DNA of 31,297 nucleotides, from NCBI GenBank assembly GCA_031290005.1, contig JAITOJ010000053.1, positions 1 to 31,297 on the forward strand. The letters are read 5' to 3'. Shown piece after piece: positions 19,106-27,404 of the stretch; within the stretch, counting starts at the first letter, position 1, and each line of letters begins with the position of its first letter. This DNA is from Treponema sp. Its GTDB lineage: Bacteria > Spirochaetota > Spirochaetia > Treponematales > Treponemataceae. The notes under the pieces are model-generated. The model was given only the letters and a program-made list of their open reading frames with translations. It was not told the DNA's origin and searched no databases. A program made the position numbers and the translations under genes.

Positions 19106-21055
19106 TCAGTTGACAGTCACCTTGATCAGGTAATATCGGATCAGACCGCTTTCCTCCGGAGTTATCCGGACAGCAAGGAAATTATTTCTATAAACATCAG
19201 TTTCCACAGGGAACCCATTGGTTATAGCGCCCGTGCCCTGCCATGCAGCAGGCATGTGCCAGTTCCATGCCTCAAAGCCCGGGGATGAGCCCGACCATTC
19301 TTCGTAGGCAATGCCATATTCCGCTGTCGCACCACTTGACAGACCCTGGAGTATAATTTCTCCAGCGCTTTGTGCACCAGTAAGGGTAATCGCGCCGTTG
19401 CCTTCGGTAGGCGGAGCATCGGGAGCAGCTAATTTGGGTGTTCCAACACTGGATGACGCAACCCCGCCTACAGTAACGCCGGTAATTTCAGCGGCATCGT
19501 TCCCGTAGACTAGAGCAACCTTGTAGTATTGAGCAGGTCCCTGATCATCTTGAGTTAGCCGGACATACACAAACTGAGCGGAGGCAATATTTGCAAGCTC
19601 ACCAGAAGTATTGGTCCAGTTGGTAACATTCGTGTTAGCCGCGAGAGCAATCGCATAGGCGATACCTGTTGTCCCACTCGAGACTGTCGCATTGACCGTC
19701 GGACTCCAGGGGCCTGCCGCTGACATGGTATATATAACCGCGGTTGTACCGGTTACGGCGAGATTGGCATCAGGCAATGGGGTTACGGTACCCCCGGACA
19801 GAGTCAGGCCAGTAAGAGCGGCCACGCCTCCTACTCTTATCTGGAACGAGTACCAGTTTTTGTCGAGAAGCCCGTTGGTAACCTCAACCGCTATAAATTC
19901 GTTGGTGGGAAGGTTTTGGAAACTAGGACTTGTCTGATAGACCAGGGTGGTGTGTCCGGTAGATTCAACATCTTCCTGCGCCGCGTTCCAATCGGTGTGG
20001 CCATAGCGGACGGTCGCTCCCGGGGCCACTGTCCCGATAGCCACCGTCGCGTTAACGCTTGCAGCGCCAACCGTGGAAAGGATGTTTTTGTAACCGTTGC
20101 CATCCGCCGCAAGGTTCGCGGCATTACCTCTGTTCTCACCGCCGCCAAAACCATTGGTTCCCGCAGCGCCGACCGTAAAGGGAACGGGAGTTCCGCTGTT
20201 CCCCTGAATGGTTACATCACCAATCGCAAAGCTGGTGGTTTTTTGAACAAGTTTTACCTTGTAGTAGACGGTCTCGCCATTTACCGAATCGGCACTCGTC
20301 GCTTTAATGTACAGGTAATTGCCGTCAACCGGAGTAATCGTTTCCGGATTGGTGTATCCAGCGGGGAAGAGGGTGGCGGCGGAAGCGCCCGGGGCGCCAA
20401 GAGCTACCAGGACGGTAGAATCGGGGTCTTCGGGGGTGGCCGCAAGCGCCAAGGCTGTTGAGGCCTGATTATCCCCAAACCAGATTTCGCCTTCCGTGGC
20501 TTGGGCCAGATCGGTGTGGTAATTGCCAAGCCCCGTTCCGTATTGCAGGATAGGCCGCCCGTTTGCGAGTGTGCCGCCCACAGAGGATCTGCCGCCCAGG
20601 GTAAGGTCCTGAACCACCGGGGTGGTTGTCCGTACCTGAATGGCGTAGAGTTTGTAGGCATCGTGATTTTCAGAGAAAACTTCCACCCAAAGGTAATCAA
20701 GCACATCGAAGCTGAATGTTGTGGTAGTATCAACAAAATCCGGCATCACAGACGGCTTTGCGGCCGCAAGATAGACTTTCTGCCCATCCTGGCCTTTGTT
20801 TACCACAACCGTGGCGCCAGTCATCGAAGCGGCAGGCACAAAAACCGTGCCGGCATTTTCCGATTCCTTTGCTTCCATCCAGTCCATTGTGGGGGTACCC
20901 AAGACTACGGTCTTCCCCGCGACAGTCACAGACGCAACTTCGGCATTACTGGACAGCTCTTCCGCGTCCTGCGAGCAGCCAACAGCAACAAGACCAACCA
21001 CAGCCGCCGCTATCAGCAGCAACGCTATGCCGTTCTTCGCGTTTTTCAGTTTCAT
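19106..21055 (-). CDS. surface lipoprotein with about five tandem cadherin-like beta-sandwich domains
   Basis: lipobox AVGC; repeated domain ends YAIQV, YYKVKLV, WYSFQIRV, YYKVALV, YYLIKVTV; repeated starts AEVASVTV, LTGLTL, AEITGVTV. Confidence 0.7.
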   Translation of the reverse strand: MKLKNAKNGIALLLIAAAVVGLVAVGCSQDAEELSSNAEVASVTVAGKTVVLGTPTMDWMEAKESENAGTVFVPAASMTGATVVVNKGQDGQKVYLAAAKPSVMPDFVDTTTTFSFDVLDYLWVEVFSENHDAYKLYAIQVRTTTPVVQDLTLGGRSSVGGTLANGRPILQYGTGLGNYHTDLAQATEGEIWFGDNQASTALALAATPEDPDSTVLVALGAPGASAATLFPAGYTNPETITPVDGNYLYIKATSADSVNGETVYYKVKLVQKTTSFAIGDVTIQGNSGTPVPFTVGAAGTNGFGGGENRGNAANLAADGNGYKNILSTVGAASVNATVAIGTVAPGATVRYGHTDWNAAQEDVESTGHTTLVYQTSPSFQNLPTNEFIAVEVTNGLLDKNWYSFQIRVGGVAALTGLTLSGGTVTPLPDANLAVTGTTAVIYTMSAAGPWSPTVNATVSSGTTGIAYAIALAANTNVTNWTNTSGELANIASAQFVYVRLTQDDQGPAQYYKVALVYGNDAAEITGVTVGGVASSSVGTPKLAAPDAPPTEGNGAITLTGAQSAGEIILQGLSSGATAEYGIAYEEWSGSSPGFEAWNWHMPAAWQGTGAITNGFPVETDVYRNNFLAVRITPEESGLIRYYLIKVTVN

Positions 21056-21153
21056 GCTTGCCTCCTAAACGCCGCTGTTCCATTTTCACAACCAACGACC
21101 AAAAGATCGAATGCCGATAAAACACCGAACATTCCCAAAACCCGTTTTTTCAT
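21052..21153 (-). CDS. 33-aa ORF that is essentially a lipoprotein signal peptide (MKKRVLGMFGVLSAFDLLVVGCENGTAAFRRQA); relic or micro-lipopeptide
   Basis: AGGAGG RBS, ATG 21153, lipobox VVGC; its TGA overlaps the ATG of the next gene (ATGA); not in the ORF track. Confidence 0.6.
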   Translation of the reverse strand: MKKRVLGMFGVLSAFDLLVVGCENGTAAFRRQA

Positions 21154-21307
21154 ATTTCCTCCTGAAAGATGAGTTGTTTTCCCATATACTGATATGGTAG
21201 GATTATGGTAATTCCGAAAAACGGACTATCACAGAGAATAAATCGCTGAAACATTGTATGAATTCATGATAAAATTCGTAAATGTAATGAAGTTCCTCGC
21301 CGCTTTG

Positions 21308-21337
21308 TTGACAGCGGATTTTTTTCTGTGCTAGACT
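21308..21337 (+). promoter_or_regulatory. promoter TTGACA-N18-TAGACT for the AraC gene
   Basis: near-consensus boxes upstream of AAGGAG and the GTG start. Confidence 0.65.
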
Positions 21338-21370
21338 CAACCTTCAAGCGGAAATAAAAGGAGTGGCGCC

Positions 21371-22171
21371 GTGCTGACTGAAATCAACGGAGAGCTGATA
21401 CCTCAAATAGAGTACGTGGTTTTCAGAAAATGTACTCCCGCCTGGCGGATGCCCCGGCATATATTGACAGCCTGGGATATAACCTATGTTGCGGAAGGCC
21501 GTGCGCAGTACAGTATCGACGAGGAAGAATACAACCTGACCGCGGGGGATTTGATATGTCTGCCTCCCCGCACGCGCCGGGAAGGCGTCACCGTGCCGGA
21601 CCACCTGATGCAGTGTTTTTCCGTGAATTTCCGCCTGACCAATCTGAAAGGCGAAAACGTCCGGCTCCCCTTCCCCATCCAGAGCCATATCGGTCTGGCA
21701 AAAGATGTTATCCATCTGTTCCACGACCTTTCTTTTGTCTGGCTGGATAAACAGCCGGGCTACGCCCTCAAAACCCGGGGCATCTTTCTGCTGATTTTGC
21801 ACCGTCTGTTTGAGCTGGCCTCAAGCATCCCGTCCGGTTCGGGAGAAACCGACGCCCGAATCCAGAAAATAACCAGATACATCGCGAAACATTATGCTGA
21901 AAGGATTTTGGTGAAAAACATGGCCGCCCTGGTGGGCCTGCACACGGGTTATTTCGGAGCGCTCTTCCACCAGGAAACCGGCGTCACCATGAACCAGTAC
22001 ATTATCCGCACCCGGGTCCGCAACGCGGAAAATATGCTCCGCAGCGGGGAATACAAGGTCAAGGAAGTGGCCGAAGCCTGCGGCTACTGCGACGACCTGC
22101 ACTTCTTCAAACAATTCAAGGCGGTTATGGGAATGCCGCCGTCGGCCTGCATCCCCAAACGCAACAATTAG
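21371..22171 (+). CDS. AraC family transcriptional regulator
   Basis: N-terminal cupin-like domain; C-terminal double HTH (YFGALFHQETG; KVKEVAEACGYCDDLHFFKQFK). Confidence 0.95.
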   Translation: MLTEINGELIPQIEYVVFRKCTPAWRMPRHILTAWDITYVAEGRAQYSIDEEEYNLTAGDLICLPPRTRREGVTVPDHLMQCFSVNFRLTNLKGENVRLPFPIQSHIGLAKDVIHLFHDLSFVWLDKQPGYALKTRGIFLLILHRLFELASSIPSGSGETDARIQKITRYIAKHYAERILVKNMAALVGLHTGYFGALFHQETGVTMNQYIIRTRVRNAENMLRSGEYKVKEVAEACGYCDDLHFFKQFKAVMGMPPSACIPKRNN

Positions 22172-22200
22172 CCCTTCACCGCGCCGATGGTCACGCCGGC
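22165..22200 (+). repeat. 36-bp direct repeat, copy 1 (duplicate of the permease 3' end)
   Basis: caattagcccttcaccgcgccgatggtcacgccggc; 35/36 identical to 22534-22569. Confidence 0.95.
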
Positions 22201-22289
22201 TTTTCGGGCCGCTTAGCCATAAATACAGCAATAAGACCAAAAATAAAAAACGGAATGCCAATAATTCCACTGACAATTAAAATTTCCAT
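22191..22289 (-). CDS. 32-aa single-TM micropeptide (MEILIVSGIIGIPFFIFGLIAVFMAKRPEKPA)
   Basis: AAGGAG RBS at the end of the upstream ORF, ATG 3 nt after its stop, hydrophobic core and charged tail; not in the ORF track. Confidence 0.65.
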   Translation of the reverse strand: MEILIVSGIIGIPFFIFGLIAVFMAKRPEKPA

Positions 22290-22292
22290 TGC

Positions 22293-22496
22293 TTACTCCT
22301 TTGTTATAATGACTAACATGAGACCTATTACCAACAATAGCCCCGTAGCGATTACCCCGCCTATAAAAAGTCGTGATTGGTCTATTGAGCCTCTGAGCAT
22401 AGTACCCAGCACCAGACTCCCAAACACAAGCTTTCCCAAATCAAACAGCATTTTCCCAACACTTTCACCTGCAAAAAGCCATTTCTTTTTATCCAA
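22293..22496 (-). CDS. 67-aa two-TM small membrane protein (DUF6722-like)
   Basis: TTG start with GGAGG; GKMLFDLGKLVFG motif; extended -10 (TGcTATAGT) at 22519-22527. Confidence 0.7.
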   Translation of the reverse strand: MDKKKWLFAGESVGKMLFDLGKLVFGSLVLGTMLRGSIDQSRLFIGGVIATGLLLVIGLMLVIITKE

Positions 22497-22533
22497 ACTT
22501 TGTACCTCCGCTTACTTTACTATAGCACACCGG

Positions 22534-22569
22534 CAATTAGCCCTTCACCGCGCCGATGGTCACACCGGC
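22534..22569 (+). repeat. 36-bp direct repeat, copy 2 (native permease 3' end)
   Basis: caattagcccttcaccgcgccgatggtcacaccggc. Confidence 0.95.
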
Positions 22570-23412
22570 AATAAAATACCGTTGGAGCCAGGGATACACC
22601 ACCAGAATCGGCACCGTGGCGAACATGACCGCCGCGGCCTTCATACCTTCGCTTGCCTGGGGCACGCCTCCGGCGATACCTTCCTGGGTGGCGATTTCTA
22701 TTGAAGAAAGATTGTTGATGATGTTATAGAGTTTGAGCTGAATGGGATGGAAATCCGGCTTGGTGAGATACAAAAGGGCGTCGGAAAAACCGTTCCACCG
22801 GCCCACCGCGTAAAACAGGGCCAGCGTCGCCAGCACCGGGGCCGACAGGGGCAGATAAATCCGCACCAGCACCGTGAACGGATTTGCCCCGTCCAGTTCC
22901 GCTGATTCCCGAAGGCTGTCCGGCACACTGTAGAAAAAGCTCCGCAGAATAATCATGTTGAACACCGAAAGGCAGCCCGGCAGAATGAGCACCAGGGGAT
23001 TGTTAATCAGGCCCAGGTCTTTTATCAGAATATAGTTCGGGATGGTTCCGGCGTTGAAATACATGGTAAAGATAATCAGGGTGTTGAGGAGCTTGCGGCC
23101 TTTCAGCCCGTCGTAGATAAGGGGATAGGCGCACAGGATGGTGATGACCAGGGAAAAAACCGTACAAATCACCGTGAGCATCGCGGTCCAGCCCATGGAG
23201 CGGGAAAACGACGGGTCTTTGAACACGTAGCGGTAGGAATCCAGCGATGGGTCAACCGGCAGAAACGTTACCTGGCGGTTCACAATCGCCAGAGGCGAAC
23301 TCAGGGAACGGGCCAGAATATTGAGCATGGGCATGAGGCACACGAAAATAACCAGCAGACAAACAACGGCGATACTGATGTCGCCCACTTTGGTAAACTT
23401 TGATTTAATCAT
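22537..23412 (-). CDS. carbohydrate ABC transporter permease (LplC-like)
   Basis: EAA motif SLRESAELDGAN; YAVGRWNGF; YPWLQRYFIAGVTIGAVKG. Confidence 0.95.
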   Translation of the reverse strand: MIKSKFTKVGDISIAVVCLLVIFVCLMPMLNILARSLSSPLAIVNRQVTFLPVDPSLDSYRYVFKDPSFSRSMGWTAMLTVICTVFSLVITILCAYPLIYDGLKGRKLLNTLIIFTMYFNAGTIPNYILIKDLGLINNPLVLILPGCLSVFNMIILRSFFYSVPDSLRESAELDGANPFTVLVRIYLPLSAPVLATLALFYAVGRWNGFSDALLYLTKPDFHPIQLKLYNIINNLSSIEIATQEGIAGGVPQASEGMKAAAVMFATVPILVVYPWLQRYFIAGVTIGAVKG

Positions 23413-23430
23413 ACATTCCTCCTTACTACC

Positions 23431-24336
23431 TTACCAAATACCGCGTTCGCCGAAACGCTTTGCCAGAGCGTTCGCGGCCAGCAGGAAAATAACGCAGATA
23501 ACCGACTGGAACAGCCCAATCGCCGCGGTATAGGAAAACTGGAATGACCGGATACCCACCCGGTACACCAGGGTGCTGATAACGTCCGACACCTGGATAA
23601 CCAGACTGTTGCCCAGCGTATAGGGCCGGTCGAACTCGCTGCCCAGGATCCGCCCGATGTTCATGATGAGCAGGGTGACGATGGTGGGGCGCAGTCCCGG
23701 CAGGGTAACGTGCCAGATTTTGCGCCATCTGCCCGCGCCGTCCACCTCGGCCGCCTCGTACACTTCCGGGTTGATGCCCGTGATTGCCGCCAGGTAGATA
23801 ATCGTGCCCCACCCCATTTCTTTCCACACCCCCAGGCCCACATAGGTGGCCACCCAGAGGTTTTTGTCCATCAGAAAGTCGATGGGGCCGATGCCGAATT
23901 TGCGGAGGGCAATGTTCACAATCCCCGCGCCGGGGGCAAAAAGCTGGGAGGCGATACCGCTGATGATAATCCACGACAGGAAGTGGGGCAGATACACCAC
24001 GGTCTGGGTGAACTTTTTGTACCAGAAAAAGGTCAGTTCGTTCAGCAGAATCGCCAGAATAATGGGCGCGGGAAAGCCTATAATCAAGTCAAGAAAGTTG
24101 AGCGTCAGGGTGTTCCGCAGGGCATTGTAAAAATCCCGGGAATGAAAAGCCTGGTCAAACCACTTTGCCCCCACCCAGTCCGAAGACCACACGCCTTTGA
24201 ACATATTGTAGTCCTTAAAGGCGATCACAATGTTGGTCATGGGCACATACCGGAACACCACGAAAAACGCCAAAGGCAGCGCCAGCATGGCATACAGCAT
24301 CCAGGTACGCTTGAAGTACGTTATCCGATTTGTCAT
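23431..24336 (-). CDS. carbohydrate ABC transporter permease (LplB-like)
   Basis: EAA motif EVYEAAEVDGAGRW; YLPHFLSW; WKEMGWGTIIYLAAI. Confidence 0.95.
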   Translation of the reverse strand: MTNRITYFKRTWMLYAMLALPLAFFVVFRYVPMTNIVIAFKDYNMFKGVWSSDWVGAKWFDQAFHSRDFYNALRNTLTLNFLDLIIGFPAPIILAILLNELTFFWYKKFTQTVVYLPHFLSWIIISGIASQLFAPGAGIVNIALRKFGIGPIDFLMDKNLWVATYVGLGVWKEMGWGTIIYLAAITGINPEVYEAAEVDGAGRWRKIWHVTLPGLRPTIVTLLIMNIGRILGSEFDRPYTLGNSLVIQVSDVISTLVYRVGIRSFQFSYTAAIGLFQSVICVIFLLAANALAKRFGERGIW

Positions 24337-24366
24337 ACCTTCTCCTTTATTCTCTGAAATCGGCCT

Positions 24367-24395
24367 ATTATAACTGCTGACCGCCTTTTACGCAA
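24367..24395 (-). promoter_or_regulatory. promoter TTGCGT-N17-TATAAT for the permease operon
   Basis: consensus -10, 17-bp spacer, AAGGAG RBS downstream. Confidence 0.75.
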
Positions 24396-24485
24396 TACTT
24401 AAAATACAGATACCTGGTATAAATTCAAGGCGACGTTATCAGTATGCAGCAATTCGGGTAAAGGAACAAAGCCCGCAAACGGCCA

Positions 24486-24663
24486 TCTCTAGGTGCTTCT
24501 ACCGTAGGGTAGAAGGGTCTTCAATCGTGGCGTAGAAGGGTCTTCAATCGTGGAGTAGAAGGGTCTTCTTCCCCACGGTAGAAGGGTCTTCTACCCCTCG
24601 ATTGAAGGTGCTTCTACCGTGGGGTAGAAGGGTCTTCTACCGCTGTGTAGAAGGCGCTTCTAC
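24486..24663. repeat. intergenic tandem array of eight 17-bp palindromic units (GTAGAAG-N3-CTTCTAC) with 6-bp spacers, 23-bp period
   Basis: units start at 24486 (degenerate), 24509, 24532, 24555, 24578, 24601, 24624, 24647. Confidence 0.92.
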
Positions 24664-24680
24664 AAGCGGTATCTTTTGGG

Positions 24681-26546
24681 CTAGACTTCCACAAAGGTAA
24701 AGCTGAGTTCCGGCAGGTTGATTTTGCCCGCCTTGACGGTCAGGGTGTCGTTCAGGTTGGGCTTCCGGGAGGTGATAAGCGTGGTCTGCCGGGCCAGGGC
24801 GGGAATCAGCACCGTGGCCTGATAGCCCCGGAGTTCCACCACCACCGCCTCGCCCGTCCAGTCCGGGTGTTCCAGCAGGTACACCAGAGTCCAGTGCAGG
24901 TTGGTCTCCCGTTCCGCTCTGGTGGCGGCCACTGCGGCGGCGTCCCCCTGGGAAATGCGTTCCAGCACCGCGGCAGTATCCAGCAGGGGCCCGCGGTCAA
25001 TGAACGCCCGGAGCTGCTGATGGGCCACCAGGTCGCCGTAGCGGCGGAGCGGGCTGGTCACCTGACTGTACATGGCAAGCCCCAGGCCGCTGTGCGGGGC
25101 GGGAATCGTGCCGATGCTCCGGGGGTGCATGGTCTTTACCATGCAGAACTGCCCGGCCAGCCCGTCGGGAATGTCCGTGGGGAGTTCCGGGGCGTCCTGG
25201 CTGGCATAGGGAAAGGGGATTTTGTTCTTGAAGGCAAACCGGGCCGCCCCTTCCCCGGCAAGGAGCATCATCTCCCGCACCATGTCCTGGGCGGCCGTGC
25301 CGGCCACGCGCTCAATGGAGACTTCGCCGTCCCGCGCGGCGATGTGGACTTCCGGCAGGACGATGTTGAGCGCCCCGGCCAGCTCCCGGCGGCGGCTGTT
25401 CTTCCGGGCGATTTCAAACAGGGGGGCGAACTCCGGCTCGTCCCTGCGGGCGTCCGCTTCCTGATAGGTGCGGCGCTGGACCTTCACCAGGGTCTTGAGC
25501 GTTGCGCAGTCCTCGACGCCGCCCTGAGCATTCAGGGTGATTTTGAAGGACAGGGCGCGGGACACCGGAGACAGGCCCAGGGCGTAGTCCTCCAGGGATT
25601 CCTCGGAGAGCATCCGGGCCGCCCCTTCGGGCAGATACAGGGTGGACCCCCGGGCCCGGGCGGCGAGGTCGATGGCGGAGTCCGGGGTGACCACCGAAGC
25701 CGGGTCGGCGATGTGCACCCACAGATATTCGCCGTCAAAAAAGACCGCGTCGTCCGGGTCATTGCTCCAGGCATTGTCGATGGCAAAGGCGGTGTGGTCC
25801 AGGACAATCCGCTCCTCTTCCGGGGGTTTGCACAGGCTTTCCCGGTTCGACCGGGACGACAGGCCCCAGCGGGCGGGATAGGGATTCCGATACCTGGTCC
25901 AGACGCCGGTGTCCAAAAGCAGCTTGTGGGCTTTGGCGGGCTCCACGGGGATTCCCGCGTCGGTCATGACCCGGGATTTTGCCGCCTGACCCAGCGCGGC
26001 CGCCTCCACTTCCTGCATAAACTGGGCGTCCCCGGGCAAGTCGAGTGTCCCGGCCTTGAGCCGCCCGATAAAGGCCCGCCGGGTTTCTTCGTCCTTCTCT
26101 TTGCCCGCTTCCTTCTCCCGCAGCCGGGCCGCCTGGTCCCGGGTCCGCAGGGTGAACCCCCCGGCGTCCGGGATTTCCGCGAACAGGGGACAAAGCCGCA
26201 CCGCCTCATAATACGCCCAGGCCGATTCCGCGGACACCGGCCCAAAGGCAAGCTCCGCGATTTCCGCCAAGGGCACGGTCAGGCTTTCCCCGTCAACGGC
26301 AAGCAGTTCATAGGCTTCTTCCAGCCGGGCAGGGGTATCCCGCTGGTCCGCGAACTTCCGGGCAAAGGCGAGCGCCTTGTCCAGGGACTCCAGGGGACCC
26401 GGATGCAGGGGGATGATGTCCTTTTCCCGCACCCGCTGGGTTTCTTTCTTACCCTGGGCCCGGTATTCTATGGTGAATTTGTCGTCCTTTGCGGTGACCA
26501 GCGCGGGCTCCCGCTTGTACAGTACCAGCGAATGTGTGCCTATCAT
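24681..26546 (-). CDS. rnb: RNB-domain exoribonuclease (RNase II family)
   Basis: AIDNAWSNDPDDA four-Asp catalytic motif; VHIADP; QVTSPLRRYGDLVAHQQL. Confidence 0.9.
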   Translation of the reverse strand: MIGTHSLVLYKREPALVTAKDDKFTIEYRAQGKKETQRVREKDIIPLHPGPLESLDKALAFARKFADQRDTPARLEEAYELLAVDGESLTVPLAEIAELAFGPVSAESAWAYYEAVRLCPLFAEIPDAGGFTLRTRDQAARLREKEAGKEKDEETRRAFIGRLKAGTLDLPGDAQFMQEVEAAALGQAAKSRVMTDAGIPVEPAKAHKLLLDTGVWTRYRNPYPARWGLSSRSNRESLCKPPEEERIVLDHTAFAIDNAWSNDPDDAVFFDGEYLWVHIADPASVVTPDSAIDLAARARGSTLYLPEGAARMLSEESLEDYALGLSPVSRALSFKITLNAQGGVEDCATLKTLVKVQRRTYQEADARRDEPEFAPLFEIARKNSRRRELAGALNIVLPEVHIAARDGEVSIERVAGTAAQDMVREMMLLAGEGAARFAFKNKIPFPYASQDAPELPTDIPDGLAGQFCMVKTMHPRSIGTIPAPHSGLGLAMYSQVTSPLRRYGDLVAHQQLRAFIDRGPLLDTAAVLERISQGDAAAVAATRAERETNLHWTLVYLLEHPDWTGEAVVVELRGYQATVLIPALARQTTLITSRKPNLNDTLTVKAGKINLPELSFTFVEV

Positions 26547-26552
26547 GGGGAC

Positions 26553-26586
26553 ACTATAGCGGAAACAGCGGAGCGGGGCAAGGTAT
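26553..26586 (-). repeat. repeat R1 (34 bp) containing promoter TTGCCC-N17-TATAGT of rnb
   Basis: actatagcggaaacagcggagcggggcaaggtat; 33/34 identical to R2. Confidence 0.9.
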
Positions 26587-27404
26587 TAATGACGGGCAAC
26601 GTGGGCAATCATCCGCCGGACATCTTCCGCGCAATTAACCGGCGCCAGGCGGACTGTTGGATGAGCGTTTGCGAATACCCTGAACACCTCGTCCGCGAAC
26701 CCCTGTCCAATGAACGGGACGTCCGAAAAATCCAATACCACTTCAATAAAACGGTCAAACCGGGTGATAAGCCGCTTGGCCTGCGAGCGGGACATGAGGT
26801 CTTCTCCGTCGTATTTCAGCAGCCGCACCGGAATAACGGTCTTATAAAACCCCGGCTGCTTGTCCGGGTCGGCGTATTCGTTAAATATGGCGGACAAAGA
26901 AACAGGCGAATCTGTGCGTATTTCCATCAGTATCACGGTTCCCGTGACGGTATCGTGGGCAGCCGGACGGTCATAATTATTATTTCCCAAAAACGCAAGA
27001 TTGTCTGAAAATATCGCAAAATAATCAAAAACCCGGGAGGTGAAAAAAATCCCTTCCCTGGAATGGTTCTGCGGGTCAGAAGTATATTTACCCTTTGCCA
27101 GTTCCAGAATAGCGTGCCGGGGGTCATCAAGCTGCAAATCACTCTTGATTTTGTTAAAAATTCCGACTCCCTGGTCGATAATTTTAAATTGTATTGCCTT
27201 ATCGCCCGCTGTGATAACAACCTGAAATTTTTCAGAACCCGAATGGTCAATCACATTATTCATCATTTCGGAAAACCCGTATTGACAGACCCGCAATACA
27301 TTCTCCGGAATGCCTGTCAAGTGCGGCGCGATGTCTTTTCTCCAGATACTGTCTTCACCCGGTGAGTTGAATAACGAATAGGAAAACTCATGTGTTTGGG
27401 CCAT
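26586..27404 (-). CDS. HATPase-like plus STAS-like (DUF4325) protein
   Basis: FSEMMNNVIDHSGS and IIDQGVGIF (HATPase boxes); SRSQAKRL..RF..F.EVVLDFSDV..IGQGFADEVFRVF (DUF4325); the track start 27425 abuts the -10 box, so Met 27404 is preferred. Confidence 0.85.
   Translation of the reverse strand: MAQTHEFSYSLFNSPGEDSIWRKDIAPHLTGIPENVLRVCQYGFSEMMNNVIDHSGSEKFQVVITAGDKAIQFKIIDQGVGIFNKIKSDLQLDDPRHAILELAKGKYTSDPQNHSREGIFFTSRVFDYFAIFSDNLAFLGNNNYDRPAAHDTVTGTVILMEIRTDSPVSLSAIFNEYADPDKQPGFYKTVIPVRLLKYDGEDLMSRSQAKRLITRFDRFIEVVLDFSDVPFIGQGFADEVFRVFANAHPTVRLAPVNCAEDVRRMIAHVARH

Noticed and set aside
21154-21300. Specific AraC binding sites shared with the permease and SBP promoters
   Set aside because: Only short AT-rich matches (for example atactgata, atctgta) were found by eye; not enough to support a motif.
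22255-22704. 149-aa plus-strand ORF across the micro-cassette
   Set aside because: Antisense to three better-supported minus-strand ORFs that have RBSs and coherent membrane-protein features.
23426-23974. 182-aa alternate-frame ORF within the permease
   Set aside because: Frame shadow with low-complexity Arg/Gly/Pro content.
24486-24663. CRISPR array interpretation of the palindromic repeats
   Set aside because: Spacers are only 6 bp and partly recurrent, and no cas genes or leader are present.
24867-27008. 713-aa plus-strand ORF
   Set aside because: Antisense shadow of the GC-rich rnb gene, extending over the 3' half of the DUF4325 gene; no recognisable motifs and a biased composition.
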